Shown here piece after piece: positions 1 to 9,543 of a stretch of 37,408 bases of DNA. The DNA is taken from NCBI GenBank assembly GCA_044869275.1, contig JBIOXB010000006.1, forward strand, positions 1 to 37,408, in the 5' to 3' direction. Source of the DNA: a bacterium. GTDB taxonomy: Bacteria > Zhuqueibacterota > Zhuqueibacteria > Zhuqueibacterales > Zhuqueibacteraceae. Made by a program: the position numbers and the translations under genes. The notes beneath the pieces were generated by a model. That model was given only the letters and a program-made list of their open reading frames with translations, had not been told where the DNA came from and made no database searches. Positions within the stretch are counted from its first letter, which is position 1; each line of letters starts with the position of its first letter.

Positions 1-1611
1 ATCGGTAATATCCAGGTTCGAAGCCCGGCCCAGATTGAACATGGTGGAGGAAAAATCCACTTTCTGTTTCGAAGCGTTGATTGTTCCCTGCAAAGCATTC
101 AACTCCTCCGTCGTGCTCTGCACATTGTGCACGATGCTGCGAATATTGAGCACGATTTGGCGCTGGAGATTGGTGCGCCGGTCTTGCTCTTGTGAGATGG
201 CGATTTGCGCATTTTCGGCGTCCGCTGCAGCTTCCCGGTTTAAGAAGGGATAACTCAAAGTAAACTCGGCCAGCAAGCCCGCGGTCTCCAGGTCTTTGTT
301 TTGGGCAATGGTGGTCTCGAATTGCCCGGAATACCCCACGGTAACATCGAGCTGCGGCAGAAGCGCATTCCTGGCCACTTTGTGAGCGAGCAGGGCGCGG
401 TCAATTGCAATGCTCGCGCTGTGCAGCGCAGGGTTATTGGTGGAGGCCAGCCGGATGAGTTCCTCTTCATCCAAGACCACGGGCGTGAATTCCAGCTCGG
501 CCTCGGCTACCGCCAGCGGCAGCTCCAGTGGCGCGCCGATGGTCTCTTTGAGCGCATCGAGGGCAAGCTGGTAATCGGTCTCGCTCCTGATCAGCGCGGC
601 GCGATCGTCGGCGACTCGAATCTGTGCGCTCAACACGTCACGTTGCGTCGCACGCTTGGCCTGCACCATGGATTCCGAGACGCGCACGAGCGTGGAATCA
701 CGTTGCAGGGCAAGGCGATTGATTTTGATCACTTCGTGCGCGAGCAGCAGATTGTAATATGCCCGCTTCACGGCAAAGATGGTCGTCAATTTGGTGTTGA
801 TGATCTCTTCGTCCCGCATGTTCCGCTCATGGCGCGCGAGGGATATCGGGCTCCGCGCCACCGCCGGCCAGGCGCCGCGCATCAGCGGCTGGGTCAGGCG
901 TAATGAGAAATTCAAGTTTTGCGTTTTGGTCGGCGGCGCACCGAAGCGATCGGGGGTATAGAGATCGCGGCGCAGATCGCCGGCAATGTTCAAAACGGCA
1001 CCGGTCGCCAGCGTTTGCTGAACTTCGCCGACAACGGAATTGTTGTAGAAGTTCAAATGCCTGGGATCATTTGGCGCGAGCGGGTCAAATGGCCGCTTCT
1101 GCTGCGTATTTTCCTGTGCACCGGTCAGCGCAAAAACCGGCAGGAATTTTCCATAAGTTCCGGAAAGCGAAGCCTCGGCTCGCGTGAGCTCGTGCTTGGC
1201 CAACCGCAACCGGAAGTTCTGGTGCAACGCGATGCGAATGCAGTCCTCCAGGGTAAGCGGGAATAGCATCCGCTCTTCGATCTCGGTTTCGCTGAAGGGC
1301 TGATATTGCAGCGTCGGCAGGGCATCGCCGATGCGCTTGTTTTTGCCGGCCTCGTTTTGCGCCGGTGCGTTCTGTTGTGATTCCGGCGGTGTTGCCCTTG
1401 CGGAGAGAATTTCGCCGGGCGTTTCCGCTTCCAACTGCTGTGGGGGGAAGGCAGGCAGGGAGCCTGCTGATTTTTCGCCATCCTCTTCCAGTTGCCGCCC
1501 GGCTTCATGGCGCGCACCGGCGCAGCCAGACGTGAGCAACCACGCCGCCAGAACAACAGGCAGCAAATTCGCGGCAAAGGAATGGATCGTTTGAGGTCTT
1601 TTGGTTCGCAT
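1..1611 (-). CDS. TolC-family outer-membrane efflux lipoprotein (3' end truncated by window edge)
   Basis: Not in the ORF track because it has no stop in the window. ATG at 1611 follows a GGAG RBS. Manual translation gives MRTKRPQTIHSFAANLLPVVLAAWLLTSG|C (lipobox), then LTLEDCIRIALHQN, LTQPLMRG, VKRAYYNLL, LLPQLDV, LSYPFLNR and FNLGRASNLD, the typical two-repeat OEP pattern. The frame stays open to position 1. Confidence 0.88.
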   Translation of the reverse strand, partial: MRTKRPQTIHSFAANLLPVVLAAWLLTSGCAGARHEAGRQLEEDGEKSAGSLPAFPPQQLEAETPGEILSARATPPESQQNAPAQNEAGKNKRIGDALPTLQYQPFSETEIEERMLFPLTLEDCIRIALHQNFRLRLAKHELTRAEASLSGTYGKFLPVFALTGAQENTQQKRPFDPLAPNDPRHLNFYNNSVVGEVQQTLATGAVLNIAGDLRRDLYTPDRFGAPPTKTQNLNFSLRLTQPLMRGAWPAVARSPISLARHERNMRDEEIINTKLTTIFAVKRAYYNLLLAHEVIKINRLALQRDSTLVRVSESMVQAKRATQRDVLSAQIRVADDRAALIRSETDYQLALDALKETIGAPLELPLAVAEAELEFTPVVLDEEELIRLASTNNPALHSASIAIDRALLAHKVARNALLPQLDVTVGYSGQFETTIAQNKDLETAGLLAEFTLSYPFLNREAAADAENAQIAISQEQDRRTNLQRQIVLNIRSIVHNVQSTTEELNALQGTINASKQKVDFSSTMFNLGRASNLDITD

Positions 1612-1649
1612 GGCCTACTCCGCCGACTTATGCCCGTTTCAGATGAAAA

Positions 1650-2240
1650 TTATTTAACCGCCGATTTCAACTCGGTTGTATTGACAATCATAAACTTGAT
1701 TCCCATCACTGTCGCCGTGCGCCTGTCCGCGTCGATCTTTTCCACCTTGCCCACGGCTTCGACTTCGTTCCGCAAAGACGGTTCCGCGACCAGTTCCTGG
1801 GTGAGGTCTTCAATCTCAATGGCCAGAAAAGTGCCGTCCTTCAAATAGGTGCCGTCCACTTCCATCAGCATGCCCTCTTTCAGATCCATCATGCCGCCCG
1901 GCAAAGCACCGCTCACGTTTTCAAACTCGGTATCTTTGGCGGTTTTGACGGGCAGGAGCAATATCTCAAGGTCCTTTTGAGCATAATCAACGTTGCGAGC
2001 GACGGCGGTAATGCTCCAATCGCTTTCGAGAAAATCACCGGTCAAAACTTCGATGTTCCTGGTCAGCACCGAGAAATCTCTTTGAATGATACCCTCCATT
2101 TGCACCCACTGGCCGACCTTGAGCGCTGCAACCACCTCTCCCGGGGACATTTTTACTCTGGTCTGCGCCTGGGCAGAACTCGTGATGGCCACGTGCAGAA
2201 GAAACACGATGGCGACGGACACAAACACGCGGGACTTCAT
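1650..2240 (-). CDS. Exported DUF5666-like (tandem OB-fold-like) protein
   Basis: ATG at 2240 follows the RBS GAAAGGAAAGG. Signal peptide MKSRVFVSVAIVFLLHVAITSSAQA. Repeated LKVGQWVQMEG / LKEGMLMEVDG / GKVEKID..TVMGIKF motifs. Confidence 0.7.
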   Translation of the reverse strand: MKSRVFVSVAIVFLLHVAITSSAQAQTRVKMSPGEVVAALKVGQWVQMEGIIQRDFSVLTRNIEVLTGDFLESDWSITAVARNVDYAQKDLEILLLPVKTAKDTEFENVSGALPGGMMDLKEGMLMEVDGTYLKDGTFLAIEIEDLTQELVAEPSLRNEVEAVGKVEKIDADRRTATVMGIKFMIVNTTELKSAVK

Positions 2241-2486
2241 GGCTACCTTTCCTTTCGAATGGGTCATAGCACTTATGCTCGTTTTGAGCAGGAATTGGAG
2301 TCATGGCGAGAAGCGAAGCTGACAAGGCAATCTCCCAATTCCATTTCAGGCAGATTGCAATTCTCGCCATGACATGAGGAGCCAGCATCTCTAACTCAGA
2401 TTCCAGCACCATCTAAATTTGTTCTTGCGTCTGTATTCAATTAAAGGCTTCCGCGCGATGGCGTTGTCATGGGAGGGTCGAAGATT

Positions 2487-2505
2487 TGTGAAAACTATGT
2501 GAAAA
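2487..2505 (-). promoter_or_regulatory. Direct repeat TTTTCACA-N3-TTTTCACA (11-bp period), candidate OmpR/PhoB-family binding site
   Basis: On the + strand TGTGAAAA occurs at 2487-2494 and 2498-2505. The site lies between the rtcB-like stop and the DUF5666/TolC genes. Confidence 0.45.
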
Positions 2506-2520
2506 TGCCGGGTAAAGCGC

Positions 2521-3948
2521 TTAACCTTTCAATACTGCCAGCGGTCGCAAGCGCACAACGGGCGCGGCAAGCAACAAGGCGGACATGGCCTCGATGACTT
2601 GTGAGATGTTCTTGAACGAGCCCGGCGCCTGTTCGGCGATCTTGTCGGAACCGTAACCATACAATCGAATATTTTTGTTCTGCATTTCCCTCTGCACTTG
2701 CGCCTCGGAGAAGCGCGCCAGCGCCTCCGATTTGTCCAGCACGCGCCCGGCGCCGTGATTGACAGAGTAAAAGGTGTCCACCGTCTGCTCGCTGGCAACG
2801 CCGACGTAAGAGTCGTGGCCCATGGAACCCGGGATCGGCACTGGTTGCCCGGTTTGGGAAAATAGCGGATGTTCCTGCAATTGAGAAGGCGGCAGTGCAC
2901 GGGTTGCGCCGTGACGGTGTATCCAAAGCCTTTCACCCTGCCACATTTCTGCGCTGATGCTCACGTGGCCGCAGTCGTACAACAACGGAAGCTCCAGCGA
3001 TTCATCATGCAGCACCTGGCGCACCGCGGCACGCAATCTTTCCGTAATCGCGATCCGGTTCGCATAGCCGAAATTGGAGGCCGCAGCCAGCGCGCGTGTG
3101 AATTTGATGCCTTCTTCCGAATCCGCCGGCATCGACCAAATCGGCCAGTTCGTCGCTTTTGATCCTGAGGAAAGAAGTTTTTCTTCGGCTGCCCGCAAAT
3201 AAGTTTTCATCATTTTGCTGCCGACATTACGCGAGCCGGTGTGCAGCATAAAAAATGCCTGGCCTTTGCATAGCCCCAACCGATGCGCGAAGTCGCTATT
3301 CAGGACATCGGCGATTTCCTGCAGCTCGAGAAAATGATTGCCGTCTCCGAGCGTGCCCAGGCAGCGCCTGCCTTTTTTGATCGACTTCTCCGGCACGCTC
3401 GCGAGAATGGCCTCGGCGTCATCCGTGTCGGTGGGCATGGTTCCGCGGTACTCGATGCAATTTCGTTCCTGATCGCTCAGGCCGAATTCTCTCTGGCTCC
3501 ATTGGCCGCCATGCACGAGAATCTCCGCGACGTCCTGCTGGCTGATGGTCTCCTGCTCATGCTCGAAAACCGGGATGGTGCTTTTGAGTTTGCCAAAGAG
3601 GTCGTCGAGCAGCCGCGGCGTGAAGGTGCGCGCGTCAATATCGGTCCGAATCATGCGCATGCCGCAATTGATGCCGGTATCAATCGCGCGCGGCACGATC
3701 GCGTTTTTCGCCACAACCACCGTGCCCGTGGGGCTGAGGTTGCGGCTCTTGCGGTGGATGTCCGGCAAAACGGCGACGTGATGCTGCAAGCCTTGAACGC
3801 GGGCCAAATGCTCCAATTGCTCCAGGGTTTCAACCTCCGGCATCATTTCCGGCGTCAGGAAGAACCGTATCGGCCGGCCGCCGTTGCTCGGGATTTTTTC
3901 GATCGCAGAATGCTTCATCGATTTCATGTGGTCCTCGTGCAGTTTCAT
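2521..3948 (-). CDS. rtcB: RtcB-family protein (RNA 3'-phosphate ligase fold, long archaeal-like type), divergent active site
   Basis: Motifs LPDIH, INCG, GTLGDGNHFLE, HTGSR, HRHGATRA, PGSMG, HGAGR, APGSFK and C-terminal RPLAVLKG. Start may be 3948 or a nearby downstream Met. Confidence 0.92.
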   Translation of the reverse strand: MKLHEDHMKSMKHSAIEKIPSNGGRPIRFFLTPEMMPEVETLEQLEHLARVQGLQHHVAVLPDIHRKSRNLSPTGTVVVAKNAIVPRAIDTGINCGMRMIRTDIDARTFTPRLLDDLFGKLKSTIPVFEHEQETISQQDVAEILVHGGQWSQREFGLSDQERNCIEYRGTMPTDTDDAEAILASVPEKSIKKGRRCLGTLGDGNHFLELQEIADVLNSDFAHRLGLCKGQAFFMLHTGSRNVGSKMMKTYLRAAEEKLLSSGSKATNWPIWSMPADSEEGIKFTRALAAASNFGYANRIAITERLRAAVRQVLHDESLELPLLYDCGHVSISAEMWQGERLWIHRHGATRALPPSQLQEHPLFSQTGQPVPIPGSMGHDSYVGVASEQTVDTFYSVNHGAGRVLDKSEALARFSEAQVQREMQNKNIRLYGYGSDKIAEQAPGSFKNISQVIEAMSALLLAAPVVRLRPLAVLKG

Positions 3949-3999
3949 GCAGGCTTAAAACACTTGAGCTTCCCGTCCCGGTGCATCTGGATAGGGCAG

Positions 4000-5190
4000 T
4001 TATTTTTCGACACTCTCCGCGCTCGCCTTTTGCGCCGAAAGATCGAAGGGCAGGCTGCGCGGAATTTGCAGCTCCCACATGTCGTGAAACTTATTCTTCA
4101 GCCGCGCATCGCCGCCATAAATGATCAGGTGTTGGCTCACAGGATCATAAACCCCCTGGTGATCGAGGCGCGGTTGCGGGCCGGGCGTGATGTTCAACCA
4201 ACTATCTTCAGTGAGATCGAGCGCCCAAACGTCATTGAGATACCCTTCATCACCAAAACCGCCGCAGATGATAAACCAGTTTCTGGTGGGGTCATAGACT
4301 CCGATCGCGTGCCGCCGCATGGGGGGATGGGATTTTTTGGTTTTGATCTTTTTCCAGTGTGCCGCGGCGTCCGGCGGGGTCGCGAAATAGAATGCCCAAG
4401 TGTCATCCAGATATTGTTTTTCTTTTTTCTCCCAGCCGCTGAAGATGATCATGCGGTTTTTCAGGCTGTCAAAAACCGCGACATGATCAGAGCGGCCCGC
4501 CGGGTGATCTTCTTTCACCGTCAGATCCTGCCATTTTTCAAAAGCCGGCGAGCCGGGATCGAGATCCAGCGCCCAAACCTCATAGAAATCCTCGATTCCC
4601 CAGTTTCGCCCGCCGAAAATCACCATGCGCTTGCCGCGACTATCGTAAATGGCGGTATGATCTTCTCGCGCCGGAGCCGCCGCCTCGGTCATGTTGCGCC
4701 AGCGATGCGTGGTCAAGGATAACGACCAGGTGTTATTCCAGGTCGCGCCATTCTCACCACCGTGCAAGATCATGCGATGGCTCAAGGGATCATAGAGGGC
4801 GACGTGATCTTCACTGGGCGGAGGTTTTTCGCCGGCAATCTCAAGCTGTTGCCAGCGGTTTTGCCGCAGATCAAAAGCCCAGACCTCATTGAGGTTTATG
4901 TTGTCATCGTTCTTCCCGCCGCACAAGACGAGACGACGGGCCCGCGGGTCGTAAATCAGGGCGCAATCTTCGCCGGCAGCGGGGCCGGCTGAGAACGGTC
5001 CCGTGAGCGGCGTGCGGTCCATCCACGAGCTCAAGGAATTACCCGCGGTACCATTCCGGCTCGGAAGAACATCTCCGTTTGCGGGTGACAGCCGCGTTTC
5101 GATCTGCTCGGGTCTTTGCATTTCGACCTTGCCGGCGCACCCCAAAAGCAGGGCAGCCCACGGCACGTATAGCGCGAATTTTGTTTTCAT
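4000..5190 (-). CDS. Kelch-repeat beta-propeller lipoprotein
   Basis: Probable start at 5190 (GAGG RBS), MKTKFALYVPWAALLLG|C lipobox. About six repeats of H.A.YD....R.II.GG....ND.WA.DL....W. Confidence 0.85.
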   Translation of the reverse strand: MKTKFALYVPWAALLLGCAGKVEMQRPEQIETRLSPANGDVLPSRNGTAGNSLSSWMDRTPLTGPFSAGPAAGEDCALIYDPRARRLVLCGGKNDDNINLNEVWAFDLRQNRWQQLEIAGEKPPPSEDHVALYDPLSHRMILHGGENGATWNNTWSLSLTTHRWRNMTEAAAPAREDHTAIYDSRGKRMVIFGGRNWGIEDFYEVWALDLDPGSPAFEKWQDLTVKEDHPAGRSDHVAVFDSLKNRMIIFSGWEKKEKQYLDDTWAFYFATPPDAAAHWKKIKTKKSHPPMRRHAIGVYDPTRNWFIICGGFGDEGYLNDVWALDLTEDSWLNITPGPQPRLDHQGVYDPVSQHLIIYGGDARLKNKFHDMWELQIPRSLPFDLSAQKASAESVEK

Positions 5191-5201
5191 GCCAACCTCA
5201 A

Positions 5202-6278
5202 TCAAGAATGAACGACACGAATAATATCTTCCACCACGGTCCCGACGCCTGCGGCGCGGACGACGCCCAACTCGAAGCAACGTATGCGTTCGGCAAATTT
5301 TCGCAGCACCTCCACACGGCGCGCGGTTTGACTCGCCTTGGGCCAGTGCATGTCCAGCGCTGCTGCATACCAACCATAATCATCCAATTCACGCGTCAGG
5401 CGGTTCATCGCCATGATTTTTTCAACCGCGACTTCGGGCGCAAGCTCACGCCAGTAGCTCTTGGAGGAGAATTGCGGCAAAAAGAGAACGGCGGGCCTCA
5501 CTTTTTCCGGCAAGGCGTTGTGCGCGAGATGGAAAAGCCATTTATCCTTCAGCCCTTCCGGGAAGGCCATGGGAAGCAGCCCTGCCGCGTTGGTGCCGCT
5601 GCCCAACATGGCCAAGCTGTTTTCGTCCATCCGGATCGGTTCTTGGCAGGAATAAATGAATTCGCCGTCGGTGAAAATGAGATTTTCCGACATGAGCTCC
5701 ATGCCACCGCGCTGCATTAAGGCGACGCACGTGGTGGTTTTGCCGACGCCGCCCAAGCCGCCAATCATAACGCCGCCCTGAGCAGTTGCCAGAGCGGAAG
5801 CATGCAAAACCATCCAACCCCGGGCCTGCTCGAGATACCAGATGATGGGATAATAGACCAAGTAGCTCATCAAGCTGAAATAGGCTTTGTATTCATATTC
5901 CGGCAAGCGCTCGAGCTTCTCTTTTTTCGGGTGAAAGCCGTACGCAACCTCGAAGTTGAAGCGTTCGCGGGTGCGCTGGAAACGGAGCTGCAATCCTTTC
6001 ATCTTCAGTGTGTCCAGCCAGATGAGCTCCTCGGCGTTGCCCAGCATGCGCTTTCCGATAATGTTCAAGCCGCCGTTCACGGCAAATGGGCCGGCTTTCT
6101 GCTCGCCCGCTGGTCGTGACCAAAGACATTTCACCGCTAAATCCGGCGCAGGCCACGGTGCCGTGGCGAGACTGTTGAGGTGCCTAAGGGCGTAATCGAG
6201 CAGGAGCGGATGATTTGCCTCGAGATTCAACTTGACCCCGTGCAACTGCACGCCAGTTTTTGTGAGCGGAGTTTCCAT
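5202..6278 (-). CDS. HPr kinase/PEPCK-like P-loop protein (HprK-related kinase)
   Basis: LHASAL...GVMIGGLGGVGKTTT Walker A, followed by LMSEN where the family usually has L(L/I)SDD. Confidence 0.7.
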   Translation of the reverse strand: METPLTKTGVQLHGVKLNLEANHPLLLDYALRHLNSLATAPWPAPDLAVKCLWSRPAGEQKAGPFAVNGGLNIIGKRMLGNAEELIWLDTLKMKGLQLRFQRTRERFNFEVAYGFHPKKEKLERLPEYEYKAYFSLMSYLVYYPIIWYLEQARGWMVLHASALATAQGGVMIGGLGGVGKTTTCVALMQRGGMELMSENLIFTDGEFIYSCQEPIRMDENSLAMLGSGTNAAGLLPMAFPEGLKDKWLFHLAHNALPEKVRPAVLFLPQFSSKSYWRELAPEVAVEKIMAMNRLTRELDDYGWYAAALDMHWPKASQTARRVEVLRKFAERIRCFELGVVRAAGVGTVVEDIIRVVHS

Positions 6279-6373
6279 GAAATGCAGCCAGTTTTATGCG
6301 GCCGTCCAGCCGATGCGTAAAGCAAAACCAGAATAAAATTGTGAAGGTCTTCAACCTGCTCTGCAACGGCTAC

Positions 6374-7099
6374 TCATTTTTGCGGCTTTGCGGTTGTGCC
6401 ATTTTCCGGCTCGAACAAATAGCCCACGCCGTGAATGGTCTTGATGTATTTGGGGCTGGCAGGATCAGACTCGATGTGCATGCGCAGCATGTGAATGTGA
6501 CTATCGATCGTGCGGGTCGTAGGATACACGTCGTAGCCCCACACTTCTTCCAACAAACGGTCGCGGGAGATGAGCTCGCCGGGGTGCGCCAAAAAGTATC
6601 CCAGGATGCGAAATTCGCGCGGGGTCAGTTCCTGCAGCTCGCCGGCCTTTCGAACTTCATGCCGTTTCAAATCCACGATGACTTCACCGAAAGTGAATTG
6701 ATCCTGTTTCGCGCCCGCCACCGGCGAGCTTGCCGCTTCTTCACGCCGCAAATGTGCCTTGACTCGCGCCAGGAGCTCGCGCAAGCTAAATGGTTTCGTG
6801 ATGTAATCGTCTGCGCCCAATTCCAGCCCCAAGACCTTGTCGTTTTCTTCAGCTTTGGAGGTGAGCATGATCACCGGCGTCTCCATGCCCTGGTCGCGGA
6901 GGCGCTTGCAGATTTCCAGCCCACTCATGCCCGGCAACATCAAATCGAGAATGAGCAAGTTCGGCTGGTGCTCTTGGGCGAGACGAAAACCCTCCGGGCC
7001 GAGGCGCGCGGTCAAAGTCTCATAACCTTCGCCCTGCAGCGCCGTTTCCAATCCCAAGGCGATGGCGGCGTCGTCTTCCACAATCAGTATTTTCTTCAT
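6374..7099 (-). CDS. OmpR/PhoB-family response regulator
   Basis: MKKILIVEDD, LDLMLPGMSG, GADDYITKPF, winged-helix LTPREF...LLEEVWG...RTIDSHIHMLR...IKTIHGVGY. Start placed at ATG 7099. Confidence 0.95.
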   Translation of the reverse strand: MKKILIVEDDAAIALGLETALQGEGYETLTARLGPEGFRLAQEHQPNLLILDLMLPGMSGLEICKRLRDQGMETPVIMLTSKAEENDKVLGLELGADDYITKPFSLRELLARVKAHLRREEAASSPVAGAKQDQFTFGEVIVDLKRHEVRKAGELQELTPREFRILGYFLAHPGELISRDRLLEEVWGYDVYPTTRTIDSHIHMLRMHIESDPASPKYIKTIHGVGYLFEPENGTTAKPQK

Positions 7100-7186
7100 A
7101 CTTTGCTGCCTGCTTTCGCTCAGGTTCGTTGCCCTCACGCCTATCGGTGAACGCTTGCCTGGAATCGCAACCTCGATCATCAGCTT

Positions 7187-9499
7187 TCACACAGCTTCCG
7201 CCGCGGTGGGCGTGAGCACGGTTGTGGCCTCGCGGTGCGGTGGCGTGGCAAAGTCCAGAGGGGGAACCGGAAGTGTAAAACCAAACATCGAGCCTTTGCC
7301 AACGGTGCTGCGTGTACGCACCTCGCCGCCATGAGCCTGCACGATCTGGCGAACCAGCGTCAATCCCAACCCCACGCCTCCTTGTTTCCGCGAGCTCAGG
7401 CGCGGGTCGACGCGATAGAAGGCGTCAAAAATTTTCGGAATCTCCTCAGCCTCTATGCCGATGCCCCGGTCGATCACTTCGACGGTGAGGCGGGACACGC
7501 CTTCGCGATAGGCGCGCACGCGAATTTTCTTGACTTCATCGCTGTATTTGAGGGCATTGCTCAACAAATTCAACAGCACTTGCGCAATGGCGTCGGCGTC
7601 TACGTGCACCGCGGGCAGGTCCTCCGCGATTTCCACTTCCAGCGCAAAGCCCTGCGACTCGGCATGGGGGCGAAAAGTCTCGACCGTGGTGCGCAGAACC
7701 ACGCCCGGGTCTTCGTATTCAAAATTGTACTGTTTGAAGCCACGCTCGATTTTTGAGAAATCCAGTACGTTTTCCAGCAGCCGCCCCAGCCGGTTACACT
7801 CCCGTTGAATGATATTGAGGTAGTGTCGCGCTTTGGATCTTTCCAACGGAATGGTTGATTCTCCATTGAGTTGCATCTCCATGAGCTCCGCCAGCATCTT
7901 GATCGAGGCCAGCGGGGTGCGCAGTTCATGTGAAACATTGGATACAAAGGAGGATTTTATGCCTGAGAGCTGCGCCTCGCGCCGCGCGCGCCGAATGAAA
8001 AGGTAGGCGCCGAACAAGATGCTGAGCAGTAAAAGTGAAATCAGCCAAAACCTCAGGGCAGCGCCAAAGCCCTGGAGGCGAGAGATGCCGGGTGCGCCCT
8101 CGATATAAATCGCAACTTGCCAGAAATCAAATGGCCGTTCCAGCTTCTGCACGGCGAGCAGCGGGTGGACCGGCACAGCCGGGCTGCCAATGACATATTC
8201 GCCTTTTTCGTTCAAGATGCCGAGATCCACTTGTTGATTGAACTTCAAGTTGCGCAAAATCACCGGAAACAATTTTTCTCGGAGCTGGGCAAGGTCGATC
8301 TGCAATCCCAACAGACCCGCCGTGAAAATGCCGCTGGGATCGGGCAGAGATTGGCATGCCACCAAAAAAGGCTCGCCGTCTGCCTCGCCGGCAACGTAAC
8401 GGAATTTCAGTTTATGGCGCTTGCGCTTGATGACACTTTCATTCAATTGTTGGTCCAGAAGCTGGAGAAAATACTTCTGGCCGATGCGCTTTTTGTTCTG
8501 CTCGGCGAGCGCCTGGAACTGCGTCTGATAATCTGACCGCGAAGACAAATGGGGAGAAGCCAAAAGCCGCGAGGCCAAATCTTGAATGATTCCGTAAAAA
8601 TAGGAATACTGCAGGGTATTGATGGCGTCGCTGCGTTCAAATAAATCCAGATTCAAACGCGCCAGCTCGGCAATGGCTTCCTGATCGCGCTCGAGATTGT
8701 CCAGGCAAATGGCAATCTGATATTGCGCCAAAAAGCGCAGGTACATCTTATTGAGATCGCGCACCTCGGGATAGTTCTCCAGCAAATGGCGAAACGAGGC
8801 CAGTGCAGCAGTCCACTCGCCCTTTTTCTGAAGGACCCGGCCGATATGGGTTTCCGCCATGGCGCGCAACTGGGGACTGGAAACTTCCGACAGGATCTCG
8901 CGGTAACGCGCCACGGCGCCCTTCAAATCGTTTGCATGATATTCAAGCTCTTCGCCTTGCTCCTGCAATCGTTTAAAAACGTCAAATTCGCGCAAATAGG
9001 ATTCCGGTTCCCAAGTGTTCGCCGAAGTGCTCTCGCTTTCCGTGCTCGAGCTGAGGGCAAAAGCAGTTTCGCCTGGGGCGGAGAGCAAAAAGCAGGCGGC
9101 AATCAGTGGTTCGTCCTTGAAATTCTTTTCCACCTCACGGGTGGAGAGATTCAGCGGGCCATTTTTCAAAATCCGTTTCACCGCCGTGGTCCATTGTCTC
9201 TCGACTGCTTCAAGCTCGTGGTCGATTTCACGGCCGGCAAGACGGGCAAACTGCTGATAACTCTCTCTGAGCTTTTCCTGCGAGAGCAGTTTCTCATTTT
9301 CGAAGGCGCGCCAGCTAAAATAGGCCAGCAACCCGCTGGGAACGATAATCAGGCTCAGAAAGATCGCGGCCAGGTGAAACTCTTCGCGCCTTAATGTGGA
9401 GTTCCTGCCGAAGAACCGCCACCCGCGCGTGTCTTGCCGGCGCGAGATTTCTTTTGGCCGGCGCCGGCCATTTGCTGTTGATGAAGAGGTTTCTGGCAT
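7187..9499 (-). CDS. Membrane sensor histidine kinase (HisKA/HATPase) with TPR-containing extracytoplasmic domain
   Basis: Two TM helices (LAAIFLSLIIVPSGLLAYFSW; FWLISLLLLSILFGAYLFI). H-box VSHELRTPL, N-box NLLSNALKY, G boxes DRGIGI and GVGLGL. TPR-like helices lie between the TMs. Confidence 0.95.
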   Translation of the reverse strand: MPETSSSTANGRRRPKEISRRQDTRGWRFFGRNSTLRREEFHLAAIFLSLIIVPSGLLAYFSWRAFENEKLLSQEKLRESYQQFARLAGREIDHELEAVERQWTTAVKRILKNGPLNLSTREVEKNFKDEPLIAACFLLSAPGETAFALSSSTESESTSANTWEPESYLREFDVFKRLQEQGEELEYHANDLKGAVARYREILSEVSSPQLRAMAETHIGRVLQKKGEWTAALASFRHLLENYPEVRDLNKMYLRFLAQYQIAICLDNLERDQEAIAELARLNLDLFERSDAINTLQYSYFYGIIQDLASRLLASPHLSSRSDYQTQFQALAEQNKKRIGQKYFLQLLDQQLNESVIKRKRHKLKFRYVAGEADGEPFLVACQSLPDPSGIFTAGLLGLQIDLAQLREKLFPVILRNLKFNQQVDLGILNEKGEYVIGSPAVPVHPLLAVQKLERPFDFWQVAIYIEGAPGISRLQGFGAALRFWLISLLLLSILFGAYLFIRRARREAQLSGIKSSFVSNVSHELRTPLASIKMLAELMEMQLNGESTIPLERSKARHYLNIIQRECNRLGRLLENVLDFSKIERGFKQYNFEYEDPGVVLRTTVETFRPHAESQGFALEVEIAEDLPAVHVDADAIAQVLLNLLSNALKYSDEVKKIRVRAYREGVSRLTVEVIDRGIGIEAEEIPKIFDAFYRVDPRLSSRKQGGVGLGLTLVRQIVQAHGGEVRTRSTVGKGSMFGFTLPVPPLDFATPPHREATTVLTPTAAEAV

Positions 9500-9543
9500 G
9501 GTTGTGGTTTTTATTTGAAAACAAAAAAAACGTGAGTGCTGCT

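Noticed and set aside
301..1594. Several short ORFs in the track at the window start
   Set aside because: Explained by the minus-strand TolC gene, which the track missed because it has no stop in the window.
3283..4722. 479-aa plus-strand ORF
   Set aside because: Antisense shadow of the RtcB and Kelch genes with no recognisable motifs. Such ORFs are expected in GC-rich DNA.
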